A stretch of DNA of 64,000 nucleotides, from NCBI RefSeq assembly GCF_009914755.1, contig NC_060933.1; one strand, 5' to 3'. Both the position numbers and the translations under genes were made by a program. The number at the start of each line of letters is the position of its first letter. Within the stretch, counting starts at the first letter, position 1. Source of the DNA: the human T2T-CHM13v2.0 reference genome, Homo sapiens. The notes beneath the pieces were generated by a model. It saw only the letters and a program-made list of their open reading frames with translations, was not told where the DNA came from and ran no database searches. Shown here one piece after another: positions 36,711-53,659 of this stretch.

Positions 36711-37530
36711 GTTCATATATTTTTGTAACTGCTGTTTTTCTTTAATAAATAATGGGCACCCGCCTGGATAAATAAATACAACTCACAAGCCCATATTAAT
36801 TATCTGAATTATATTGACTTAAAATAATTTATCTAAGACCAGATGGATGGACATTCAGGTTGTTTTCAATTGTATGCTGTTATAACTATTGCATGGGTTA
36901 GCATACTTGCATAAATATCTTTGCACATTTGTCCAACGTTAAACCTAGGCATAGAAGTTGAAGGAGCTCTAAATCAAGGTATACTAATTTCTACCTCATC
37001 AACATTGGCCCTTCTGCCACATCATTGCTAACATTGCATATTAGCATGCTTTTAAGTTTTTGATAGGCAAAAGATGCAACAATTACATCTTGTTTGTATT
37101 TGCATTTCTTTGCTACTAAGTAAGTTTCCACATATTTGTTGGTCACTTGTTTTTATTTTATCACTTTCTTGTTCTTGCCCATTTTTAAAAGTTAGGATGG
37201 TGAGCTTGTTTTATTCTTTAACAGTTCTTTGCATACTCAATATATTCACTTTTAGTCTGATACATAGATTGAGAATTTTCTTCAGTTTGTCATTTGCATT
37301 TTTATATGCTTATGGTACTTTTGGATATTTAGAAGAAATAGAATTTTCATGGTAAATCTGTTTGTGTTCCTCTTTCTGGTTTCTGTCTATGGTGACATTT
37401 TCTAAAAAGACCTTCACTCCCTCTTCACTCCCTATCAAGATATTTGTTAGTATTTCCTTCTAGTACTTTTATCTTTTTATTTGTTTATATTTAATTCCTT
37501 AATCCATTTCAATTTATTCTGATATATGAT
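36711..37530 (-). mobile_element. L1ME-like fragment
   Basis: gatggacattcaggttgttttcaatt..., ttaatccatttcaatttatt; diverged reverse ORF2/3' region. Confidence 0.6.
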
Positions 37531-37725
37531 GTTGCATGTTAGTGATCTCCAGAAAAACAGAACCAATAAGATATGTATACGGAGAGAGAGAGAGAGGAGA
37601 GAGGGAGAGAGAGATTTTAGGAATTGAGCCAGTTGTGTGACTGGCAAATTCAAAGTCTGCAGAGCAGGTGGCAGGCTGGAGACCCAGGGAAGAATCAATG
37701 TTGTAGCTTGGGTCAGAAGGAGTCT

Positions 37726-38014
37726 GGGGTGAACGGCTCATGCCTGTAATCCCAGCACTTTGGGAGGCTGAGGCAGGCAGATCATTTGAGTCCAGGAGTT
37801 TAGGACCAGCCTGGGGAACATGGTGAAGCCCAGTCTCTACAAAAAATACAAAAATTAGCCAGGCATGGTGGTGGTGTGCCTATAGACCCAGCTACTCGAG
37901 AGGCTGAGGCCAGAGGATGACTTGAGCCCAGGTGGCAAAAGTTGCCATGGGACTGTGCCACTGCACTCCAGCCTGGGCAACAGACACCCTGTCTCAAAAA
38001 AAAAAAAAAAAAAA
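37726..38014 (+). mobile_element. AluJ-like
   Basis: gaggatgacttgagcccagg and cagacaccctgtctc J-type features. Confidence 0.93.
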
Positions 38015-38089
38015 GAAGAGGAAGAAAAAAGGAGGAGGAGGAGGAGGAGGGGGAGGGGGAGAAGGAGGGGGAGGAGGAGGAGGAGGAAG
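38015..38089. repeat. (GGA)n / purine-rich simple repeat
   Basis: Uninterrupted purine run continuing the Alu tail. Confidence 0.95.
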
Positions 38090-39610
38090 TTCAGAGGCAG
38101 TATTCTCTTTTTCTCAGGAGACCTCAATTTTTCATAATCTTAACGCCTTCAACTGATTGGACAAGGCCCACCCAGTTTATGGAGGGTAATCTGCTTTACT
38201 CGAAGTCTACTGATATAAATGTTAATTTCATCTTAGAAATATCTTCACAGAGATCTCTTGACTGGTATTTGACCAAAGAGCTAGATATAGTGGCCTAGCC
38301 AAGTTGACACACAAAATTGCCATCACAGAGTGAGTCAGGGATCTAACTTTATCTTTTCCCTATTCTCTTTCTGATAAGAGGTCCCACAAAGCCCTGATTC
38401 CCTCATATTCTCTTCTGTTAGACTGTAGGGGCTAAAAAAGGTATTCAACAAACTTCCTTCTCTTCTCTTAGTTTGGCCTTCCATTCTCTAGATCCTACAG
38501 ATGCCTTTTCAAACCTCAAATGACAAATAGACGAAAATAATGGGTGTGATCTAGTCTATTTGTCTCCAAAATTTGGGAGCTTGACCCATAGCAGACAAAA
38601 GGCATGCCCCATCTTGATCTGTGGGGGGATTTTTGCTCATGGCAGCGTCCCCTTAGACACCCTGAAGAGATAGCCAGAAAAGTGTGAAATTTCTACTTAT
38701 CTTCACACTCTAGTAAGCCCTCTAACCCTTGTTTCTCGACTACAAGGCAGGATCCAAGAGTTCTAGAGCTTTCTAGCCAGGGCATTGTGAGGACATGGAG
38801 CCCGCAAGGAAAATTTCTGCCCAAGCATATGACATTATGATTAATAAGCATCAGCCATTAAGTATTTTGAGAGCTTCAGATGAAAGTTTCACAAACAGAC
38901 CAGAGTGTCATATAATAAGGATTATAAGCTTCTAAGTATTTCATACTTGCCTTGATCAAAACAGAAAACTCTTCATGTATACATTATTAATAAATTTGGA
39001 TGCCCCTTTAAAGGTGATTAATTAGGTCTGAGTCTCCTTCAGACTCTATGATCACACTGAAGATCTACACACTGGTCTGTCTGCTCCAGAGCTCCAGGCT
39101 TTTATCTCTCTAGTTTGGCAGGAATCTCCATGGGAGGCCAGTCCTAGCCTTGAGTGTGAAGGGTCACCAGTGGGGCATCATCCCCTGCGTTCTGGAGTGT
39201 GCTGAATGCCAACTCCCATTACATGGGGACCAAAATGAGCTCAGGAGCATTGGTATCAAGCCAGACTGCCAGTCTTCCACTCAGGCATCTCGGCCAACCT
39301 GCAACAAACACTGCCTGGTCTAGCTATTTAGAACTGAATAATTGGCACAGACATAGATGCCTGCTGACTTGCATTTGGTGCTCCCATTTGAATTTGAATT
39401 CTTTCATTAAGCCACAGAGCATCCTTTTTAAAGGTCCAGATCCTCCCAGGATAATTAGACTCTTCCTACAGCAACGGGAAGGCTGAATTATTCTTTCTGT
39501 CTCCCTGATCTGGCTGCATTTAAACAAGTTGGTAGGTACTTTCTGAAACAATTAGAAGAAAAGGGATAAGATGAGTGAGGCTCAATTCCCTTTTCAAAAA
39601 GTGCAGACAA

Positions 39611-39955
<345 letters not shown>

Positions 39956-40619
39956 CTATCTAGTAAGCTTGGATGTGCCTTCTTGGAGGCTACAGAAGGG
40001 TAGCCTTGAAAAATTGGATTTTTGCTGGGTACTTCCCAGTGAATCAAGGCACTGGCATCCCTGGGGGGCTCTGCAAGGTTATGGTCCTGAGGTTTGTGTA
40101 TGAGAGTCCTGTTGCTGTTCCAGTGCATTTATAAGCCCTTATTGAGATGGCAGGTGACTAGAGGGAAAAGGACTCCTGTTGAGTATTTTTTTTTTTTTTT
40201 TAAGAAATCCTTTAGGAAGCTGGATTAGGCTACGTGGAAATGTAATTGTGATTCTCAGCAGGCTGAGACTCATTAACAAAGAGCCAGAATAATGGGTTTT
40301 TATACAAGGTATTCATTCATTCATTTTTATTCATTTATTCTTTAACTGAATGTCTCCGCTAAGTGCCAAGCACTGGGTGGGATCCAGTCCCTGTCCTCAA
40401 TGAGCTGAAAGTGTTTATATGGGAAGGGAAGTGTGGGTGGAGAACAGAATGCAGGAGAGACAGACAAGTAAACAGGTTATTAATACACTGTGATAATTAC
40501 TAAAACAGTGGTAGGTACAAGCATCAAAATTCGGATGGGGAATAATGCATTAGAAATGGTGTAGGGAAAAAGTATGAAGGAGAAGAAAGACTTGACAGTG
40601 GACATGAAGCTATAGCTGA

Positions 40620-40810
<191 letters not shown>

Positions 40811-41105
40811 TTTTTTTTTTTTTTTTTTTGAGATAGGGTTTCACTCTGTGGCCCAGGCTAGGGTACAGCAGTATGATCTCGGCTCACTGCAACCTCCACC
40901 TCCCGGACTCAAGCGATCCTCCCACCTCAGCCCTCCCAGTAGCTGAGACAAGTAGGCACCACCATGCCTGGTTAATTTTATTTTTTTGTAGCAACGAGGT
41001 CTCATTGTGTTGCCGAAGCTGATCTTGAACTCTTGGCTCAAGTGATCCTCTTGCCTCGTCCTGCCAAAGTGCTAGAATTACAGGTGTGGGCCACCACACA
41101 CAGTC
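40811..41105 (-). mobile_element. AluJ
   Basis: Dimer with ctcaagcgatcctcccacctcagc. Confidence 0.93.
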
Positions 41106-41519
41106 TTTTGTTGAGTCTTGAATGATGAGTAGGAGCTTGTCAGACAGATCAAGAAGTAGGTAGAAGAGAAAGGAAGGCATTCCAGTCAGAGACAAGAAAA
41201 GGCAAAATGAAGGGGGCATAAAACGACATGGTGTATGCACAGTACTGTGAGTTGGTATGACGAAATGCTAGAAGCATGGGGAAGGGGACAGAAAAAAATG
41301 AGACTAGAGAGGTAGCCAGGGGCCAGATCTACAAGTGCTTTCAATACCATGAAATATATCCCTGAGGCAATGTGTCTAATAAGCCGTACCCTGGAATTTT
41401 GGGTCACCTGGCACAAACTATGGCTAACTATATCTATCTCTTCCTAAAAGTCTGTGGACCAAGGAGCTCCCCAAAGAGCAAAGGATATGGCACATCCATT
41501 GCTTGACCTGGTATATGCT

Positions 41520-42120
41520 AATAAAAATAAAGTACGGACAGGCACAGGCCCAAGACTAATGCCCTGCAGCAGCCACAAGGGGCTTGCTTCCATATCACTT
41601 TCCATTCATTAATTGGTATCCACTGGGTATAATTATGAAGCCACCACATGATACCTGTATCCAGCCTCTCTTTCCACATTTTGCATTCAATAATGTCACA
41701 TGAGACATGTCTGGCTGTCATCCAGATATTCTGTGCTCACTCCACATATCTGCTCAACCAGTCTAATGGCCTTAATCAAAAAAGGAAATTAGATTACTCT
41801 AGCATGACCTGTTTTACTGAAATGCTACTGGCTTAGAGGGATTGCTGCTTAATTTGTAAGCACTCATAAGCCATTAGTAGAATAATCTCTTATGGAATTT
41901 TGCCTAGGACTGGTGCCAAGCTCATGAATCCATAGTGGGTGAAAGAGGGAGGGAAAAATTAATTGTATTTCCTAAAAATCAAGGCATTTGTCCATCCTTA
42001 GTACTCCAGTATGATTCCTATTTTTCATCAGTCCTTGAGATTATCAGCAGCAATCCTGTGATCTTACTAGCAAACATAGTGATAGCTTGAAGAGTGATTT
42101 GTTTAGGCCAAGAGACAAAG
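41520..42120 (-). mobile_element. L3/CR1 LINE relic (RT region)
   Basis: atcaaaaaaggaaattagatt...ctagcatgacctgttttactgaa and ggaattttgcctaggactggtgccaagctc resemble reverse CR1 ORF2. Confidence 0.6.
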
Positions 42121-43001
42121 TCCAGACAGCTGTTACCTCATTTCTCCCCTCTGAGAAGATTTCATCTCTTTAATTAGTTTGTTCCAGTCTTTTTAGTCAG
42201 AATATCCTTATTCTTGACAGAGAAGAAACAACAACATTGGACCTACCCAATAATCTTTCTGATTCTTTCTTTTGTTCTGTCTCTTGAACGCTTTTATCTG
42301 TTCTTGGTGAGTCTAAATTTTTTTCAAAGGTTGACTTGCTTAGAACATTAACTCTCATATTCCATATATTTTGTCTCAATATTTACCATTCCCCAACATC
42401 CAAAGTCCACAGGACAAGTGTTTCCAACATGACAATTGATGGTCCCTGAAACCACACATCTGAACTCACTCTGAGTCACATGGGGATTTAGTGCTTCAGG
42501 AATTATCTCAGAGGTAATACATCATGAGGAAATCTGCAGGTACAAGAGTCTTGCAAATCAACCTTGACAGGAGAGACCCCTTGAACTCGTTCACTTCTGT
42601 ACAATTCCATTTCGATATGTCTCTTTTTCACTACTTGAGTAAAAGACAGACTTAGGGTTGAGAAGACAAATTATCTCTATGGACCTCAGTCTCTTAATTT
42701 ATAAAATGAAGAGTTCTGGTAAGATAACTTTTAAGATCTGTTTCAACTAGAAAGTTATACAGCCCCAGAAATCTGAAGAGAAGAAGAAGAATTAAGATTC
42801 ATGGAGGACCTATGACAAACTAGACATTATGCTAAAATCATAACGCCCGAGACCTCTTTTAGATCAGACAACAATCTTATGAGCTGATCCCATTTGGCAG
42901 ATAAGGAAGATGAACTTTACTGGTATTGCATACTTTGTCCAAGGTCACAAAACTATTAATCGTAAGTAAGGGGCAGAGTAGGAATTCGTATCCATCTACA
43001 T

Positions 43002-43213
43002 CATTGATTCTCAACTGGGGCTGATTTTGTCCCCCAGTAGGCATTTGGCAATGTCTGGAGACATTTCTGGTTGTCACACTTAGGGAATTGCTACTTGCAG
43101 CTAGTGGGTAGAGGCCAAGGAAGTTGCTAAACCTCCTACAACACACAGGATAGCCCCCACAACCAGGAGTTATCTGGCCCAGAAAGTCACTAGTGCTGAG
43201 GCTGAGAAACCTA
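43002..43213. mobile_element. MER20 hAT MITE
   Basis: ttctcaactggggctgattttgtccccc...ggcaatgtctggagacattt...agtgctgaggctgagaaacc. Confidence 0.92.
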
Positions 43214-43375
43214 ATATGGCTAGAAAGCCCAAGTGATATTGAATTGACCTAAATCACTTGTCAAATTCAGAAAATATTAATTATCATTGCTACACACAAT
43301 TTTCTATCAAAGGATTTCCAGTCACAAAGAACAAACACACATCCCCCAAAGGAATGTAGCTATTATCAAGCCTGA

Positions 43376-43756
<381 letters not shown>

Positions 43757-44130
43757 CTCCCAAATCTTTCAGTAAAACTGATGGCCCTGGAAGACACAGC
43801 ATGCTTATCCCATGGCTTCTGCTGTCCACTCACTCACCACTCATAAGCCATGAGTAGGTGGTAAGGGGACATAGCTAAGCCTATTGGCAACACTAGCCAT
43901 ATCCACAAGGTCTTTGACAACAAAAAATTGGAGCTCTAAACATAAAAGTGTTACAAAAGAGAGAGGAGAAAAATGAGTGGAATATGAGGAAAGACCTTAG
44001 AATTATCCATTTTGGCGATCTCATTTTGGAGATAAGGAGGTCAAGGCCCAGAGAAGTTAAGTGGCTTGCCAGAAATACACAGAAAACAAAGGCCAGGTCC
44101 AAACATCATACAGCACTCAGCTGTAATTTA

Positions 44131-44807
<677 letters not shown>

Positions 44808-45364
44808 CTATGTGGCAGACCCTGTCTATTACCAACCTGGCAGCCTCTTCTCCCGGTGATCAATCATCTAAGCTAGTCATACCTTCCAAATCACACCACA
44901 GAGTTGCCCCAGGGGTCCCAGTTGCCCCATGCCTCATAATTGTTGCATGGCTGGGCAAAGACAGCCAGCTCACCTCATGGTTATGGGGTCTGGAGATCAT
45001 CTCTAACACCTCTGACATCTCCAGGAACCGCATGCATCTGTGAACACCATCGCCAGGGTGGATTTCATGGCACCTCTTCTTCATGTCTCTAGCATCCAAA
45101 ACAATTCTAGTATGTCTGACTAATGGAATTGGATTCCTGTGTGTTCATCCCAGCTGCAAAGGAAGCTGGGAAGGCAGGTTTCTGGCCTTTCCTTTGGGTT
45201 GGCATGGGCCTGAAAGGTAGAGAATTCTCCAAACTTGGTGAAGTATTTAAATGAAAGATGTCTAGTCTTTTAAAGAATAAAATTAATTTGATCATCATCC
45301 TGATGTTGTGAGGAAGAAGTAACAGAGAGGGAGGTGTCATTTGGGAGCTCCACTATTTAACAAG

Positions 45365-46070
45365 TTACCCAAGCAAGAAACTTCATTGCCACCTGGTCTT
45401 TTCTTCTCTTCCCTTCCACATAAGTCCTACCAATTTACTCTTGAACCCTCTCTAGTGTTTGATCCCTCTTTCCATCCCCTCTGCCCTGGTTTAGGTCCTT
45501 AACTGTTCTCACCTGGACTGCTGAAACAGTCACCTAACTGGCTTCCCACCTCTAATTTGATTCCTCGGGTTGTTCTATGAATGATGTTTGTGAAACACAA
45601 GCCTGATTGTGTCACTCCGCTTCTTAGGGGTTTGATGGGTCCCATTGCTGTCCCAGTTGTGTCCCATTGCTCACAGGATAAGATGCAAAGTCTTTTATTA
45701 CCTGACGGTGCTCACCTTTCCAGCTTCATCTCCTGCCACATCCTTTATACACCCTTGTGTAGAGAGCACACACCCTAGTCACAGTGAACTTCACAGAATC
45801 CATGATGACATTTTTTGTTTACATGGTTTTTCTTCTGTTCCTTTTGCTAAGAGTGCCTGCCCCATCTCTACCTGGTGAAATCCTTCCCTCATTGACGGCC
45901 AGCTTGAGAGTCATCTCCTCTTGGAAGCTTACAAAATTCCTCTAAAGAGAGTTTGAGGTTCCTTCTTCCCATGTACTTACAGCATTTTGCATCTAGGTCT
46001 CCAGTAACCCATCTTGCTGTGTACTTCTGGCTTGATTCCATGGATGTTCCCTCTCTAGATAGCGAGTGTC
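45365..46070 (+). mobile_element. L2 fragment
   Basis: ctcacctggactgctgaaacagtcacctaactgg..., ctgattgtgtcactccgcttctta. Confidence 0.65.
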
Positions 46071-46305
46071 TTAGGGGCACGGGTCTAATTTCAGTGCTCA
46101 CTGAACTCTTGCTGTCTGGCGGAAGGCTGAAGGTTGGAGTGATAACCAAATGGGAAACAACTTGGATTTGATCTGGCCTCCTTTCATTGACTATTCTGGT
46201 GTTAAGATAGAGGCTTTTGAAATTTGACATCTCAAACTATTCCTTTTATGCAAACACAAAATCCATTACCTTAACATTTTAGGGAAATGGTTGTGTCGAC
46301 AATAA

Positions 46306-46605
<300 letters not shown>

Positions 46606-47449
46606 AACAATATTTTTAATACTTCGTTGTATCAGCAGCTGGATATGCACCCGTTACCAGGAAGCAACCTACGTAAGAAGCCCTAGAGAGTGCTTTGAGT
46701 TCTGAGAGTAAGAGCTTCCTTTGCAGATGGGTGGGGCTAGGATGATTAGAATTAAGATTGTTTTTGTCTTAATGCTGCCTTAATGCACAGGACCCACACT
46801 GAATCCACACTGGATACACACTGGATATACGGGATCCACGGAAGCAGTGATGATTGCTGGTTTTGTTCATAGATATATCCTGAGTGCCTAGCCTGGTGCA
46901 TAGTAGGTCAATAGTAAAGACTTTTCGAATGAGTGAATGAAAACAGGGCTGGAATTCAAGATTGAGACTATCCCTAAATTCATTGACCTCAAAATCATTT
47001 TACATCCACTGAAATAGGAAAAGAATTTCCTAGGCTAGAAGGAACTAAAGAAGAGTGATGAGGGTTGTTGTCATAGCTCGGCTGGTCACGGAAGGCCGGG
47101 CTAAAGAGGGGAACGTTTGCACAGAGACGTGAATGATGAACATGAGGAAGGAGCCATGAGTATCTCAGGGAAGAGCATCTAGCTTCCCCTCCTGACCACA
47201 CACATACACCAATCCCCGCCCTAGCAGCTAAATTATTAAAATACAAAAAATGTGTCTTATTCTCACTTCTACAGTACCCCTTGGAGGTTTGCTTTAATTT
47301 CTGACATAATTTATACGTCAGGAAAAGACTGATGCTCCTCTAGTTAGGTTGGGTCAAAATCCCCAGTCGATGCCCTGTGGCAGTTCAAAGGCCCCTGCTG
47401 AGACTCCATGGCTTTCCAGGAGCTCACAACATTCCAAGGGTCACTTTCC

Positions 47450-47543
47450 GATCTATGTCTTACTTCCACACACCTGAGGTCTCCACGTTGATCCTGGATC
47501 TATGTCTTACTTCCACACACCTGCGGTCTTCAAGTTGACCTAG
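47450..47543. repeat. 47-bp tandem duplication
   Basis: gatctatgtcttacttccacacacctg... at 47450 and 47497; first 27 bp identical. Confidence 0.92.
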
Positions 47544-47560
47544 GTGTACAGGAACCCTTC

Positions 47561-48480
47561 TGAATATTATAAAATTAATCAGAGAAGAAGGGAGAAGGAG
47601 AAACTAAAATAAACCAAGCTTGCTGCATGTTCAGCATTAATCATTAGGTAGCTTGCTCTCCGACCTGCTTCACCATATTTAATAATTGTTTGTTGCCTAC
47701 TGTCCTAGAATCAAGTAAGACTCTGTTACAAGATGATAGTTCTGTTAACTGCTCTGTAGATAACAACTTGAACATAATGAAACATTAAGTTTTCCCTTTG
47801 AGATATTCTTTCAGGTCCTGTATAACAGTGGAACTACTGATATCAGTTGCTCTGAAGGACCCCACTGACTCAGCTGAGCGGAGGAACACCACGAGCAGCT
47901 GACTCACCAAAGAAGGTGATTTCCACATTGTGATGATTTCATCACCCTTGCCCTGACCAATCAATTACCCCAATTTTTAACTCCCTTGCTCACCACAATC
48001 CCCCTAAAAATCCCAGCCCAGGCCGGGCTCAGTGGCTCACGCCTGTAATCCCAGTACTTTGAGAGACCGAGGCGAGCAGATCATTTGAGGTCAGGAGTTC
48101 AAGACCAGCTTGGCCAACATGGTGAAAAGCTGTGTCTACTAAAAATTTGAAAATTAGCCAGGAGTCATAGCAGGCACCTGTAATCCCAGCTACTCCAGAG
48201 GCTAAGGCAGGAGAATCACTTGAACCTGGGAGGCAGAGGCTGCAGTGAGCCTAGATTGCGCCACCGCACTCCAGCTTCGGTTAGAGTGAGACTCTGTCTC
48301 AAAAAAAAAAAAAAATCCCAGCCCAGAACTCCTTGGGGGTATGGATTTGAGGGCCTCCTCGCATCTCCTCACTCAGATCCCTGCAATCATTGAACTCTTT
48401 CTGTGCTGCAAACCCTGCTGTCTCAGTATAATTGGTCTGTTACTGCACAGTGGGCATATGAATCTGTTCGTCCCATAAAT
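47561..48480 (+). mobile_element. 5' LTR (MER39-like) with Alu insertion
   Basis: Shares aaaataaaccaagcttgc, cattaatcattaggtagcttgctctc, gcaaaccctgctgtctcagt with the 3' LTR. Confidence 0.88.
48021..48311 (+). mobile_element. AluS in 5' LTR
   Basis: TSD aaaaatcccagccca. Confidence 0.96.
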
Positions 48481-48485
48481 GATTT

Positions 48486-48504
48486 TGGTGAGCCTAACCT
48501 AGAG
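48486..48504 (+). other. Degenerate primer-binding site (tRNA-Arg-like)
   Basis: tggtgagcctaacctagag right after the 5' LTR resembles TGGCGAGCCAGCCAGGAG. Confidence 0.55.
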
Positions 48505-49192
48505 CCCCTTGTGAGCATCTGCCCATGGCTCAGTGCCCCTTTGTCCTTGGGACAGACCTGGAGACAAGTCCAAGCAGTTGCTTGGTTCCATTGAACTGGG
48601 GGCTGTCTCCAGTGCCTTGCTTGTCAATGGGACAGTGGTGACCTTCAGTGCATAAATAGCTTGCAGCAAAGAAATAGTTTCTGGTTTTGAAAGACATCTT
48701 TGGTAAGTTTTCTCTGTGCAGCCAGCACCTCTTCCCCCTTTCCTAGTTTGCTGGCCTCCTCAGAGGTCTTTTGACCTTTCTGAGGTTTCGTTGACCCTCC
48801 CTGGCAACAGGAAGGGCCTTCTTTGAGGGGATTTACCCTAAATTGGAAGGAGAATAAAGGGCACTGCTTGGGAGAGATACTCTTGATTTCTGAAAGTTGG
48901 AACTTGGTTTTGGAGGGCCTTTTGTTTGTCTTTGTCTAGTTATGTATGTTTATGTTTATGAAAAGGATTTCAGAAGGAATTTCTAGCAGGTGACCTAACT
49001 CAGGTGACCATCCACTTCCCCATTTTGCCCAGAGACCACCACAGCAAGATCTACTCATTTCTCCCCATTTTGAGTAGAGCAAGGGCTCTGGAGGCCAACA
49101 GACGCAAGTTGGAATCTTGCCGGGTCAAACTTAGGCACTGAGTGATGTGACTAGTGTCTGTGTTTTGTTGATTGTACATTGCCTTGGCTGGA

Positions 49193-49265
49193 ATGGGAAA
49201 CGTTGATTTCAACATTTTGATTCCAAGCAGTCCATTGGGCTGCATCCTGCCGAGTTGGGAAGACA
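49193..49265 (+). pseudogene. gag matrix N-terminus remnant
   Basis: MGNVDFNILIPSSPLGCILPSW: Met-Gly start and PLGCIL..W motif typical of class I ERV Gag. Confidence 0.65.
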
Positions 49266-49691
49266 AGATACATCCTCATCAGGTCAGTGCAATGGGTAAC
49301 TTTCCCATTAAAGGCAGGAGTCCTGTGAAAAACTATGGGAAAGGTCAAAGGCATGCCAGGTTTTCTAGAACTCCAGCTGGTTACATATTATGACTCATTC
49401 TTGTGCACATTTTTAAACTGATGAGCAAATAACAGCAAGGAAAATTCAGAGCTCACAACTGAGTTAAATGGAGTTAGTTAAAATGTACATTAAATATAGA
49501 GTCTTTTAAAGCTATCTTTTCTTTTCTGACTGCTTTGAATCTGTTGTTATTAAGCTACTGGTATTGAGATGAGACTCACTGTTTATGGTATTACTAATTC
49601 AAAACTACTTGGAGATTTTGTTTTTCTTATACAATTCAGCCAGTGCTACCTAAAATGTAAACATTGAAAACTCATTTAAAACTGAAAAAAA

Positions 49692-49950
<259 letters not shown>

Positions 49951-50010
49951 TTAAGCTGGGTATAATGAAAAGAAAATTATTTATAATAGCCTTTATAATT
50001 TTGGTCCCCT

Positions 50011-50407
<397 letters not shown>

Positions 50408-51063
50408 TTAATAAAATTTCGAAGGTTTTAATTTTTAACTCTATAACCTGTTTCTTTTTGAAAACTTCTCAGATTTCTATCTCACGATTTCAACTTCTGC
50501 TGAGGCTCACCGCTTTCAGCTTTTTCTCCCTTTGAGAAGGCATGAGATGATAACTCTCTCCTTCAACTTCTTTGTGAGCTCCAAAAACTTTTTTTCTCTG
50601 GTTCTAATTGCTGTTGTAACCTGATGCTAAAATGTTTATCTTGAAAGTCTAGAAAAGCAATGTCTTCCTCCAGTGTAACTTGATTCTCTACTCTTGGCTG
50701 TCCTTGATATGTCTGAATTGTTCCATGTAACCAGGAAACTTATCATGCTGTTACTAAGAGTCATGGAGATATTATATGATAAGTGCATAATATAATGTTC
50801 ACTCATGACCCTGAACACACTCTTTCTATGTCTAAACAATTCTAACGCCCTCTTCATCAGGATTGACTTTCGGGTTATCTAAATGGGCCCCCATAAGGAG
50901 GAGCAATGACACTGCAGAAGGTTTTTCTTTGCCTGTTGGTGACTGGCCTAAGAAACAAAGATTTTACATTTTATTAAGATAATTCCTTTGTTGTCTTTAT
51001 TAGGGTTTTGACAACTTCGGAAAACTGAGCTTAAGAAGAAAAGTTTTACATTCATGTAACTTT

Positions 51064-51370
<307 letters not shown>

Positions 51371-51562
51371 AGCATCCATGTAACTTTCTATATTGCCTTC
51401 AAAGTCTTTGGTTAAGTGAATAACCATTATTTTACAATGACCTGTGATTCTGTTTTGACCAAACATTTAAAGCCATTTAATATATTTGATAAACGTTCTC
51501 AAAATCCAATTCTAAATGAAGTCTTATTGCTGGGGCTTATCAAAGCTATAAAACTAATCCCT

Positions 51563-51914
<352 letters not shown>

Positions 51915-51937
51915 TCAAACTAAAGGCACTCCAGTGT

Positions 51938-52098
51938 CACCACCTTCAGCCTAATAATCACATATACTGGAAAAGACATCGGTTAAAGGCCTTTCTTTGG
52001 CCCCCTTGAAAGAGTCTTATCAGGTGCTGTTACCTAATCTTTGTGCTGAGTTATAGGGTTTTGACTCCTGGGTACACATATCTCATCTGAAAAAGGCA
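51938..52098 (+). pseudogene. Integrase C-terminal (GPY/F-type) remnant
   Basis: Manual translation HHLQPNNHIYWKRH...(frameshift)YQVLLPNLCAEL*GFDSWVHISHLKKA. Confidence 0.75.
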
Positions 52099-52395
52099 CT
52101 GGACACCTACTAAATCTTGAACGTGGACACCAGTATCTGATACCAAACTTAAGTTAACCAAAGACTTGTCTTCAGACCCAGGAGAAGTTGACAGTCAAAA
52201 TGAATCCTTTCTGAGACACAGGGCCGGAAATTAAAACTGTTCAATCCCTTTAGGCCCAGGGACTATCACAGAAAAGGTGGGCATGTGAGATTATAAGGGC
52301 TGGTTTTGAGGGATAAAATTAGTTCAGACCCTCCAAATCAAGGATGGGCACACAGATGCCTAAAGAGCTAATGGCTCAACATATGCAACTTATAG

Positions 52396-52777
<382 letters not shown>

Positions 52778-53004
52778 AGTTCAAAAGGTTTTTAAGGATT
52801 AATTAGTGCCTTCCCACTTCCATGCCCATCTGGCCTAGAATGTTTAATTGGCTATAAGCCTTTGGCTCTCAGTCCCTCGGCCATAGGGGTCCCACCAATG
52901 GACTGGATGGACCTGGGGCAGGTAGCCCCAGCAATGATATAAAACAAAATAAAACTGTAGCCATAGATACTGTCTCTGGCAAATTTCGACCCAAAAGGAG
53001 GTAA

Positions 53005-53659
<655 letters not shown>

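Larger units (their letters stand above)
37533..38327 (-). mobile_element. ERVL LTR (MLT2D-like) interrupted by an Alu
   Basis: ctccagaaaaacagaaccaata..., gcaggctggagacccagggaaga, ...caagttgacacacaaaattgccatcaca terminus. Confidence 0.88.

Noticed and set aside
37855-38298. Poly-Lys/Arg/Gly/Glu/Leu ORFs
   Set aside because: Artefacts of the poly-A and (GGA)n repeat.
46795-46845. Short degenerate tandem (cacactggata)x3, and the 47-bp duplication as a CRISPR-like array
   Set aside because: No unique spacers, only 2-3 units, eukaryotic context; ordinary slippage repeats.
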